A DNA stretch of 64,000 nucleotides from Alphaproteobacteria bacterium (lineage in GTDB: Bacteria > Pseudomonadota > Alphaproteobacteria > CACIAM-22H2): assembly GCA_036381615.1 (NCBI GenBank), contig DASVCL010000078.1, forward strand, positions 5,860-69,859. The letters run 5' to 3'. The stretch's first letter is position 1, and the number at the start of each line of letters is the position of its first letter. The notes beneath the pieces were generated by a model that ran no database searches, had not been told where the DNA came from, and saw only the letters and a list, made by a program, of their open reading frames with translations. Below are positions 17,869-25,887 of this stretch, one piece after another. The position numbers were made by a program, and so were the translations under genes.

Positions 17869-18732
17869 TCATCCGTCCTTCCGGGGCGGTGAGGGGCTGG
17901 TCGCCGTCGGCCCTTCATCCGCAGCGGACGCGGAGAGGCGCGTGCTCGCGAAATCGGTGCCGTGGGCGCGCGTGAGGAAGCCCGCCGTAAGCCCGCCATC
18001 GACCGGCAGCACGGCGCCATTGACATACCGCGCCGCATCAGACAGCAGAAACAGGATCGCGTCCGCCACCTCGTCCGGCTGCGCGATACGGCCCAGCGGC
18101 GTACGATCTTCGATGACGCCTGCGACGAAGCTCTCCGGCACGCCGCGGCGGATCATCTCCGTATCGACCGCGTTCGGCGCGACGGCGTTCACGCGCACGC
18201 CGCGGTGCCCCCATTCGATCGCCAGCGTCTTCGTCAGGCTGATGACGCCCCATTTGGATGCCGCATAGTTGGCGCGGCCGGCCTGTCCCCCAAATCCCGT
18301 GATCGACGCGATCATGACGATGACGCCGTTCCGGCGCCGAAGCATGGGCGCCGCCGCCGCCTGCGCGGTGAGGAATGTCCCCTTGAGATTGACGTCGAGG
18401 ACGAGATTCCAGGTCTCCTCGTCCATCGTGTCGGCCGGCGCCGCACGGGCGACGCCGGCGGCAGCCACGACCCCGTGGATGGGCCCGAGCTCCTGCTCGA
18501 TCGTCTCGATCACCCGCCGGGTTGCCGCAGCGTCGCGAACGTCGAGCATATAAGCCCGTGCCGCCACATCGCCGGCACTGAGCATCCGGGCGACGGCATT
18601 TGCACCGTCCCGGTTCACATCGACGACGGCAATTCGCGCCCGTTCGCGCGCAAGCGCCGTCGCAACCGCCAATCCGATCCCTTGCGCGCCACCGGTAACG
18701 AGAATGACTTTACCGGCAAGGCCAAAATCCAT
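17869..18732 (-). CDS. SDR-family oxidoreductase (FabG-like) with a ~37-aa C-terminal tail
   Basis: VTGGAQGIGLA, NYAASKWG (YxxxK). Tail after VDGG: LTAGFLTRAHGTDFASTRLSASAADEGPTATSPSPPRKDG. Confidence 0.85.
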   Translation of the reverse strand: MDFGLAGKVILVTGGAQGIGLAVATALARERARIAVVDVNRDGANAVARMLSAGDVAARAYMLDVRDAAATRRVIETIEQELGPIHGVVAAAGVARAAPADTMDEETWNLVLDVNLKGTFLTAQAAAAPMLRRRNGVIVMIASITGFGGQAGRANYAASKWGVISLTKTLAIEWGHRGVRVNAVAPNAVDTEMIRRGVPESFVAGVIEDRTPLGRIAQPDEVADAILFLLSDAARYVNGAVLPVDGGLTAGFLTRAHGTDFASTRLSASAADEGPTATSPSPPRKDG

Positions 18733-18735
18733 GTT

Positions 18736-19467
18736 CTATATCCCCAAGCCGCCGCCGAGCGATTTTCCGCCGTCGACGAGAAGGACCTGCCCCGTGATGA
18801 AACCGGTCCGGGGAGAGGCGAAGAACGCGACGGCATTCGCCACGTCATCCGGCGTGCCGGCCTTTCTCGTCGGCTGCAGGGCAAGCTGTTGGCGCAACCG
18901 GTCCGGGCTCAACGCCTGAAGCATGGGTGTGTCGATCAAGCCGGGCGCAATCGCGTTGACGAAGATCTCCCGCCCGGCGAGCTCCATGGCCATGGCGCGC
19001 GTCAGACCGACGACGGCGGCCTTGGAGGCGACATAATGGGCATGTCCGCGCGCACCCAGGAAGGCACGCGAGGCGATATTGATGATGCGTCCGCCGGGCT
19101 GCATCCGCCGTGCCGCCTCCTGGGCGACGACGAACAGACCGACGACGTTGACCTTGTGCGCGGCCTCGAAATCGGCCTCCGTCAAATCGAAGAACGGCCG
19201 GTCCGTGAAGACTCCCGCGTTGTTCACCACGACCTCGAGCGACGGCAGACGCTCAAACAGCGCCGAGACGCTGCCGCGATCGCATATGTCGATTGCGGCG
19301 CCTTCGGCCTCGCCGCCGACATGGCGTATCGCGGCGACGGCATCGTCCGCTGCCGCCGCATTGCGGTCGATCACGATCACGCGGAATCCGTCCTCAGCAA
19401 GGCGTTCTGCGATTGCCCGCCCGATACCTTGACCGGCTCCGGTCACCGCGGCGATGCGCCGTTCCAT
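18736..19467 (-). CDS. SDR-family oxidoreductase
   Basis: VTGAGQGIGRA, HYVASKAA, VNAIAPG. Confidence 0.88.
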   Translation of the reverse strand: MERRIAAVTGAGQGIGRAIAERLAEDGFRVIVIDRNAAAADDAVAAIRHVGGEAEGAAIDICDRGSVSALFERLPSLEVVVNNAGVFTDRPFFDLTEADFEAAHKVNVVGLFVVAQEAARRMQPGGRIINIASRAFLGARGHAHYVASKAAVVGLTRAMAMELAGREIFVNAIAPGLIDTPMLQALSPDRLRQQLALQPTRKAGTPDDVANAVAFFASPRTGFITGQVLLVDGGKSLGGGLGI

Positions 19468-19473
19468 GGGGTA

Positions 19474-20178
19474 CTATCCTCCAAGATACGCTTGCCGCAC
19501 GCGGTCATTCTGCGCGAGTTCGGCGGACGGTCCTTCGAAAGCGATCTCTCCGTTCTCGAGGATGTACGCATAGGACGAGACCGCGAGCGCCAGGCGCGCA
19601 TTCTGCTCGACGACGAGTATCGTCAGCCCCTCCTGATTGAGCTGACGAATGATCCTGAAGATCTGCTCGACCAGCAGAGGCGAAAGACCAAGCGATGGCT
19701 CGTCGAGCAGGAGAAGCTTCGGTCGCGCCATGAGCGCGCGCGCGATCAGCAGCATCTGCTGCTCGCCGCCGGACAGGGTCCCCGCATCCTGGGCAAATCG
19801 CTGCCGCAGGACCGGAAAGTAGCCGCAAACGCGGTCGAGATCGGCGGCAATGCCGCGTCGATCCCGGCGTACATGCGCGCCGATCTCGAGATTCTCGCGA
19901 ACGGACATGCGCGCGAAGATTTCCCGGCCCTCCGGCACCTGCGCAATGCCGAGTCGGACGACTTCGTCCGACGAAAGACGGTCGATGCGACGCCCTTCGA
20001 AGAGAATCTCGCCTTCGGTGATATTGACGAGCCGGCTCACGCAGTTGAGCGTGGTCGTCTTTCCGGCGCCGTTGGCGCCGAGCAGCGCGATGATCGCACC
20101 GGCCGGCGCATTGAGGCTGACGTGCGACAGCGCCGCGACGCGGCCATAGGCTGCGGAGATACTGCGGACTTTCAGCAT
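19474..20178 (-). CDS. Branched-chain-amino-acid-type (HAAT) ABC transporter ATP-binding protein, LivF-like
   Basis: GANGAGKTT, LSGGEQQML, LLLDEPSLGLSP. Overlaps the LivG-like stop. Confidence 0.9.
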   Translation of the reverse strand: MLKVRSISAAYGRVAALSHVSLNAPAGAIIALLGANGAGKTTTLNCVSRLVNITEGEILFEGRRIDRLSSDEVVRLGIAQVPEGREIFARMSVRENLEIGAHVRRDRRGIAADLDRVCGYFPVLRQRFAQDAGTLSGGEQQMLLIARALMARPKLLLLDEPSLGLSPLLVEQIFRIIRQLNQEGLTILVVEQNARLALAVSSYAYILENGEIAFEGPSAELAQNDRVRQAYLGG

Positions 20179-20915
20179 GCGGCCTCGCGCCCCAGATAGG
20201 CCTCAATCACGGCGGGGTTGGTGCGGATGTCGGCGGGAAGCCCTTCCGCGATCTTCTGTCCGAAGCTCAGCACGGTTATGCGATCCGAGATCGACATGAC
20301 GAGTTGCATGACGTGCTCGACCAGAAGGATCGTGATCCCTTCCCGTTTCGTCAGATCGACAAGCAATCTGTCGAGCGCCGCGATCTCCCGGTTGCGAAGC
20401 CCCGCCGCAGGTTCATCGAGGAGAAGGAGCTTGGGCCGCAACGCCAGTGCGCGCGCTACTTCGAGCTGCTTCTGGCGGCCGAAGTCGAGGGAGCTGGCCG
20501 GTTCGTCCTTGAACTCGATAAGGCCCGTTTGCTCGAGAATGGCTTCGGCCTCTTCGCGAGCCTCTTTCGTGCGACGCGCCCGATGGCCGCGGCCACGGAC
20601 GTCGAGGCCGACGAGCACGTTCTCCAGAACGCTGATCCCGCCGAACAGCTCGAGGTTCTGGAAGGTTCGTGCGATGCCGAGTTCTGCGATCCGATGAGGC
20701 GGCAGGCTGAGAAGATCGGTGCCGTCAAACCGGCACGTCCCCGCGACGGGGGAATAGAAACGGGAAATGCAGTTGAAGACGGTCGACTTGCCGGCACCGT
20801 TGGGTCCGATCAGCGCATGAATGCTGCCGCGCGCCACCGTCATGGAGAAGTTTGACACGGCCGTCAGTCCGCCGAAGCGGACCGTAAGACCGTCGATGGT
20901 CAGGATCGGGTCCAT
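20172..20915 (-). CDS. HAAT ABC transporter ATP-binding protein, LivG-like
   Basis: GPNGAGKST, Walker B LLLLDEPAAGL, C-terminal IEAYLG. Confidence 0.9.
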   Translation of the reverse strand: MDPILTIDGLTVRFGGLTAVSNFSMTVARGSIHALIGPNGAGKSTVFNCISRFYSPVAGTCRFDGTDLLSLPPHRIAELGIARTFQNLELFGGISVLENVLVGLDVRGRGHRARRTKEAREEAEAILEQTGLIEFKDEPASSLDFGRQKQLEVARALALRPKLLLLDEPAAGLRNREIAALDRLLVDLTKREGITILLVEHVMQLVMSISDRITVLSFGQKIAEGLPADIRTNPAVIEAYLGREAAC

Positions 20916-20918
20916 GGA

Positions 20919-21851
20919 TCAGCCTGCACGTCGTGCGAGGTTGCCTACGGCGCCGGCAAGCCCCTTGGGGAGATACATCATGAAAAGAATCAGAATCACG
21001 CCGTAGATGATCTCCTGGTACGACGGCGCCTGACGCAGGAGTTCCTGCACCGCGCCGAGAACGAGCGCGCCGACGATGGCGCCCGAAATCGATCCCAGCC
21101 CGCCGACGACGATCATGGTCACGACCAGGATGGTCTCCGTGAAACCGAGGCTGTCGGGATGGATGAACGACGAGAATGTCGCGAACATTCCCCCTGCCGC
21201 GCCGGCATAGGCGGCGGACAGCGCAAAAGCGATCACCTTGGCCCGTCGTACGTCGACCCCCATCGCGAGCGCCGCCGGCTCCGACTCCCGGACGGCGCGG
21301 AAGGCACGGCCGAGCCGCGACCCCCGTAGCCAGACGGTCGCCGCGATGATGATGATCGTCGCCGTCAGGATGAAGGGATAGGCGTCGTGGTCCGTGGCGA
21401 TCCGGGCGCCGAAGAGTTCCGCGGGCTTGATGCGCATGCCGTTCGGGCCGTTCGTTACCGCGTCCCAGCTACGGTAAACCCACTGCATGGCCTCGCCGAA
21501 CGCGAACGTCGAAAGCGCCAGATAAATGTCGCGCATGCGGAACGACACGTAGCCGAGCAGCAGGCCGATGCTGCCCGCCAGCAGCACGCCGGCTGCCGCC
21601 GCGACGAGGAACGGTACGTCGAAGCGACCCGTGAGGATCGCGGTCGTATAGATGCCGATGCCGTAGAAGGCGACATGTGCCAGCCCGAACTGCCCGGTCT
21701 CGCCGATCAGGATGTTCAGCCCGAGCGCGAGCACGATGTAGACGAGCATGAGATTGGCCAGGTAGACGATGTACCCGGACCCGAGGAGCGGCAGGAGCAC
21801 GAGCAGCCCGCCCGCAAGCACCGCCACGACTATATAAGAAGCGCGGGTCAT
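20919..21851 (-). CDS. HAAT ABC transporter permease, LivM-like
   Basis: The true start MTRASYIVVAVLAGG at 21849-21851 overlaps the LivH-like stop. The track ORF 20919..22748 is an over-extension through the upstream gene. Confidence 0.88.
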   Translation of the reverse strand: MTRASYIVVAVLAGGLLVLLPLLGSGYIVYLANLMLVYIVLALGLNILIGETGQFGLAHVAFYGIGIYTTAILTGRFDVPFLVAAAAGVLLAGSIGLLLGYVSFRMRDIYLALSTFAFGEAMQWVYRSWDAVTNGPNGMRIKPAELFGARIATDHDAYPFILTATIIIIAATVWLRGSRLGRAFRAVRESEPAALAMGVDVRRAKVIAFALSAAYAGAAGGMFATFSSFIHPDSLGFTETILVVTMIVVGGLGSISGAIVGALVLGAVQELLRQAPSYQEIIYGVILILFMMYLPKGLAGAVGNLARRAG

Positions 21852-22759
21852 CACACTTTCTTGATGACGGTCGGGCCGCCGAACAGCCCCTGCGGACGAA
21901 CGGCAAGCACCAGCATGATCACGATGAACGGAGCCACCACGATGGCCCGCGTCGACACGAACAGGCCCACGAGATTTTCGACGATGCCGATGATGAGGCC
22001 GCCGACCACGGCACCCGGCAGGCTGGTAAAGCCCCCCACGATCGCCGCGGCGAACCCGAGGATCACCACGATTCCCATGTCGGCCGTCATCAGGATCTTC
22101 GGCGCGATAAGGATGGCTGCGAGGGCCGAGAGCAGCCCCGAAAGCCCCCAGATCAGCATGCGGGTCCTGTGCAGGTCGATGCCGACGAGGGCCGCCGCAC
22201 GCGGATTCATGCCGACGGCGCGCATCGCGCGGCCGGTTCGGGTGTAATTGAAGAACACGAAGAAGATCACCATCGCCAGCAGGGCAAGCGCGAAGACGGC
22301 CACGTCCTGCATAGTCAGGACCGCATCGCCGATCTGGATCGTGTCGGCGCCGAACACCGCGGGAAACGAGCGGGGGACGTCGCCGAACCCGGTGTTGCGG
22401 ACGATGCCCTTGAGCACGAATGAAAGCCCAAGTGTCGCGATGACGACGTTCACGGCCACGGCGGGAGAGACCCCGATGCGGCGCAGCACGACCCGGTAGA
22501 ACAAGGCCGACAGGATGAACGTGACCCCCAGTGTCACAGGGACGGCGATGACGTAGGCAATCTGCGAAAAGATCACGAGGTAGAGCGCGATGTAGGCGCC
22601 GGCCATGAAGATCTCGCCTGCGGCGAAGTTCGGCGCGTCCGTCGTCTTGAAGATGATGACGATCGCGATCGCGAGCAGGGCGTAGATGCTGCCGGTGACA
22701 AGGCCCGAGGCGATTCCCTGCTGAAGGAACAGCCAGTAGACCTGCCAATCGCCCATCAT
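21851..22759 (-). CDS. HAAT ABC transporter permease, LivH-like
   Basis: 302 aa, multi-TM, N-terminus MMGDWQVYWLFLQQGIASGLVTGSIYALLAIA is typical of LivH. SD GAGGGGAG. Confidence 0.9.
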   Translation of the reverse strand: MMGDWQVYWLFLQQGIASGLVTGSIYALLAIAIVIIFKTTDAPNFAAGEIFMAGAYIALYLVIFSQIAYVIAVPVTLGVTFILSALFYRVVLRRIGVSPAVAVNVVIATLGLSFVLKGIVRNTGFGDVPRSFPAVFGADTIQIGDAVLTMQDVAVFALALLAMVIFFVFFNYTRTGRAMRAVGMNPRAAALVGIDLHRTRMLIWGLSGLLSALAAILIAPKILMTADMGIVVILGFAAAIVGGFTSLPGAVVGGLIIGIVENLVGLFVSTRAIVVAPFIVIMLVLAVRPQGLFGGPTVIKKV

Positions 22760-22784
22760 CGCGCTCCCCTCACACGCCCGAGGA

Positions 22785-24023
22785 TTACGGCTTATAGGTC
22801 CAGCGGCTGGTATAGACGCCGGGCTGCAGGACCTGTTTTTCGCCGTCGAACTTGAGGAAGATCGACGACTCCTGCCCCGCCCGATCGTTCTCGCCGAACG
22901 AGATCAACCCCGCCATCACGCCCGACTCGAAGGTCAGGGTGCGAAGAATGCGCGCCACGGACTCGCGGGTCGGATTGGGGCCGGCCAGCATGAGCGCATG
23001 CGTCACCGTCTGCGCAGCCGCGACGCCATAGGGCATGTAAGGCGTCGGATGGTCCGGCTTCGCCGCAAGATCCGGGTACCGCTTCTTGTACATGTCGATG
23101 ATCCACCGCTGCTTCGGCCCGTCCGGCGAGTCGTTGATCACGTCTTGGACGTAGAAGTTCGCGAACGCGTCTTTCGTGCCGACGTTCTCCACGAGCTGTT
23201 TCAGGTTCGCCGTTCCGGTGACCGTCAGCACGATTGGCCCCTTGAAGCCGAGCTCATGCGCCCGCTTGAGAATGAGGGCTGCCGGACGCGCATAGGTGGT
23301 CAGGACCAGGACGTCGGGGTTGGCCGCGCGAATCTTGAGCATCGGCGCCGTCACGTCGGTGATGTTCGGGTTTATCGACTCGACGCTGAGGGAAACGCCG
23401 TGCTCCTTGGCCATGTACTGCGCGGTCTCGAGATTCCACGCGCCGTAGGCATCGTCGTGATTGATGTAGCCGATCTTCTTGGCCTTGAAGTGCTTCACGA
23501 CGAAATCGACGGCGATGCCGCCGACGGCACGCTGCGAAATGGAGATCCCGCCGAAGATGTAATCCGTCGGCGGATAGAGTGCGCCGTCGCCCGAGGCGTT
23601 CAGCATCACGTACGGAATCTTGCTACGGAGCACGTATTCCTGTGCGGCGACGGCGGCTGCCGAGCACGAACCGCCGTTGAGCATGAACACCTGATCCTGC
23701 TCGACGAGCTTCTTCACGGCCGCGACCAGGTCGTTTGCGGCGCACCGGTCGTCCTCGATGACGAGCTCGATCTTCCGCCCCCAGATTCCGCCCATCTCGT
23801 TGATCATCTCGTACCACATCCGGGCGGCATTCAGCGGATCTTCGCCGTACGCGCGCGCCGGCCCCGAAAGCGGCGCGAAGAGACCGATCTTGATCTTGTC
23901 GTCGGTAATGCCGGGATCCTGGTAGGTCCCCTGCCCGGCCTTGATGGGAAAGGCCGCCGCTGCGGTGGACAGTGCGAGTCCGGCGATCAATCCCGGCAGC
24001 CCGAAAGCTTTCATGCGTAGCAT
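22785..24023 (-). CDS. Periplasmic substrate-binding protein, Leu/Ile/Val-binding (type I PBP) family
   Basis: Signal peptide MLRMKAFGLPGLIAGLALSTAAAA. Start at the ATG at 24021-24023 after GAGGAGGAATTGT. Confidence 0.88.
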   Translation of the reverse strand: MLRMKAFGLPGLIAGLALSTAAAAFPIKAGQGTYQDPGITDDKIKIGLFAPLSGPARAYGEDPLNAARMWYEMINEMGGIWGRKIELVIEDDRCAANDLVAAVKKLVEQDQVFMLNGGSCSAAAVAAQEYVLRSKIPYVMLNASGDGALYPPTDYIFGGISISQRAVGGIAVDFVVKHFKAKKIGYINHDDAYGAWNLETAQYMAKEHGVSLSVESINPNITDVTAPMLKIRAANPDVLVLTTYARPAALILKRAHELGFKGPIVLTVTGTANLKQLVENVGTKDAFANFYVQDVINDSPDGPKQRWIIDMYKKRYPDLAAKPDHPTPYMPYGVAAAQTVTHALMLAGPNPTRESVARILRTLTFESGVMAGLISFGENDRAGQESSIFLKFDGEKQVLQPGVYTSRWTYKP

Positions 24024-24082
24024 ACAATTCCTCCTCTGGTCGTCCGGTGTGTTGCCCCTCGGTCGTAGTTGCGGCGCCCTTC

Positions 24083-24835
24083 TCATTGCATGCGGTAGCC
24101 GCCATTCACGTCGATCGTGGCGCCCGTCACGTAGCTGGCATCGCGGCTGACGAGGTAGGAGACGGCGGCCGCGACATCCTCGGGTTTACCGATCCGCCCC
24201 AACGGAATCGCAGCGGCTGCCGTCTCGTCGTCGCTCGGATCCAGGGACTGGCGCAGCATCGGCGCGTCGATCAGTCCCGGCGCGACTGCATTCACGGTGA
24301 TGCCGAGCGGCGCCGCCTCGCGCGCAACCGCCTTGGTCAGTCCGAGGACCCCCGCCTTGGTCGCGATATACGCGCTGCTCGAGCGATAGCCGCCGAGCTG
24401 CGCCGCGACGGACCCGAACGTGACGATGCGGCCATCGCGCACCGGTGCGGCAATCCGCCGACGGAGATACTCGCGTATGGTCAGAAACGTCCCGCGGAGA
24501 TTCACGGCCTGCGTTCGATCCCAGTCCGCAAGCGTGGTCTCCCAGATCTTGGGGCGCGTACCGTCCGGCAGGATGAGAACACCCGCACAGCAAACGAGCA
24601 CGGCGATCAGGTCACCGTCGCGCTCGATGTTCTCGAAGAGCTGTGCGACCGACTGCTCGTCGCTGACGTCGACCGCGTACCCGGCATGCCCCGCGCCAGG
24701 AAGCCTCGCGGCAATCTCGCTTGCAGCGCTCGCATCGATGTCGGCCACCGCCACCGAGAAGCCATCCCGCGCCAGCCGGTCGCAGACCGCGGCGCCGATG
24801 CCACGCCCCCCTCCGGTCACGAGTGCCCGTGTCAT
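24083..24835 (-). CDS. SDR-family oxidoreductase
   Basis: MTRALVTGGGRGIGAAV, YIATKAG, VNAVAPG. Start re-picked at the ATG at 24833-24835. Confidence 0.88.
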   Translation of the reverse strand: MTRALVTGGGRGIGAAVCDRLARDGFSVAVADIDASAASEIAARLPGAGHAGYAVDVSDEQSVAQLFENIERDGDLIAVLVCCAGVLILPDGTRPKIWETTLADWDRTQAVNLRGTFLTIREYLRRRIAAPVRDGRIVTFGSVAAQLGGYRSSSAYIATKAGVLGLTKAVAREAAPLGITVNAVAPGLIDAPMLRQSLDPSDDETAAAAIPLGRIGKPEDVAAAVSYLVSRDASYVTGATIDVNGGYRMQ

Positions 24836-24933
24836 CGCGACCTGCCGTCCGAACGGCACCGCGCCAGAGAGTTGGGCCGACACGTCATGGCGTTCCGCTC
24901 CAAGGCTCGCGCTTACATTTCGTTGTCACAGTT

Positions 24934-24941
24934 TGTATACA
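24934..24941. promoter_or_regulatory. TGTATACA palindrome (copy 1; context CACAGTTTGTATACACTGTG), candidate FadR-type GntR operator
   Basis: Read directly in the AT-rich divergent region between the SDR/ABC operon and gntR. Fits the GT-N-AC type core common to GntR-family operators. Confidence 0.45.
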
Positions 24942-25069
24942 CTGTGTCTATGTCGGTCAAGCATGATAGCCAAAATCGAACTTTTCCTTGTTATCCTACC
25001 TGTCGTTGAGTAATTAAATTACAACTTTGGCGTGGACGGTTGGAATCGTGGATGGGCACCTGCTATCCT

Positions 25070-25077
25070 TGTATACA
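25070..25077. promoter_or_regulatory. TGTATACA palindrome (copy 2; context CCTTGTATACATTC)
   Basis: Second identical TTGTATACA 136 bp from copy 1, about 90 bp upstream of the gntR ATG. Confidence 0.45.
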
Positions 25078-25167
25078 TTCTGCTTGTCCACCAGCGCCGT
25101 CAGCCGGATTGCGCCCGGCGCGGGGCGGCAACCGACTGCGTCCCGCCGGTAAACCGACGTTGAGAAC

Positions 25168-25887
25168 ATGACAGCAAAGACGCGCTCCCAATCCGTGACG
25201 GACCGCTTGCGCGAGCTCGTGCTGGAAGGTGCGTTCGGGCCGGGCGAGCACCTGCTCGAGATCCCTCTTGCCGAGCGAATGGGCGTCTCGCGGACGCCGA
25301 TCCGCTCGGCGCTGGCCGCGCTCGCGCAGGAAGGCCTGCTCGTCTACGAAGCCAAGCGCGGTTATGGCGTGAGGACGTTCGGCATCGCCGACATCCTGGC
25401 CGCCTACGAGGCCCGCGCCGTTCTCGAAGGACTCGGATGCCGGCTCGCGGCGGAACGCGGGCTCGACACCGCCGGCCGCGTTCGACTCGAACAATGCCTG
25501 GCGACGGGCGATCGCCTGCTCAAGTGCGGCGAACTCACGCCCGAGAACCTCGCGCCTTATCGGCAGATGAACATAACGTTTCACGAGACGATCCTCGCCG
25601 CGTCGGGGAACACGCTGCTGCCCGATCTGGTCCGGCAGACCCACAACATCCCGCTTGCGTCGAACCGGATCATGGTCTGGGAAGACTACCGGATCATCTT
25701 TCGCTCGCACGACGACCACCACCGGATCTTCGACGCCATCATCAATCGGCAGCCGCAGCGTGCCGATGCGCTGATGCAGGAACACGTGTACTACGCGGGC
25801 CAGGTTCTGAAGGCCCACCTGGAAAAGAAAGAACACGCACAGCCGAAGAAGGAGCCCGAACGTGCAGGCGACACCGCAGTGGGATGA
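25168..25887 (+). CDS. GntR-family transcriptional regulator, FadR subfamily (FCD domain)
   Basis: LAERMGVSRTPIRSALAALAQEGLLVYEAKRGYGV wHTH plus an all-helical FCD-like C-terminus with His residues (FHETI..., SHDDHHRIFDAI). Confidence 0.88.
   Translation: MTAKTRSQSVTDRLRELVLEGAFGPGEHLLEIPLAERMGVSRTPIRSALAALAQEGLLVYEAKRGYGVRTFGIADILAAYEARAVLEGLGCRLAAERGLDTAGRVRLEQCLATGDRLLKCGELTPENLAPYRQMNITFHETILAASGNTLLPDLVRQTHNIPLASNRIMVWEDYRIIFRSHDDHHRIFDAIINRQPQRADALMQEHVYYAGQVLKAHLEKKEHAQPKKEPERAGDTAVG

Noticed and set aside
20919-22748. Over-extended track ORFs that fuse a true gene with an out-of-frame read through the upstream gene. Others are 9543..11156, 16682..17794, 50502..51734, 52260..53972, 3875..5305 and 22785..24086.
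   Set aside because: Internal ATGs with SD sequences, placed at or overlapping the upstream gene's stop, give proteins of normal family length. The N-terminal extensions are low-complexity and overlap real genes.
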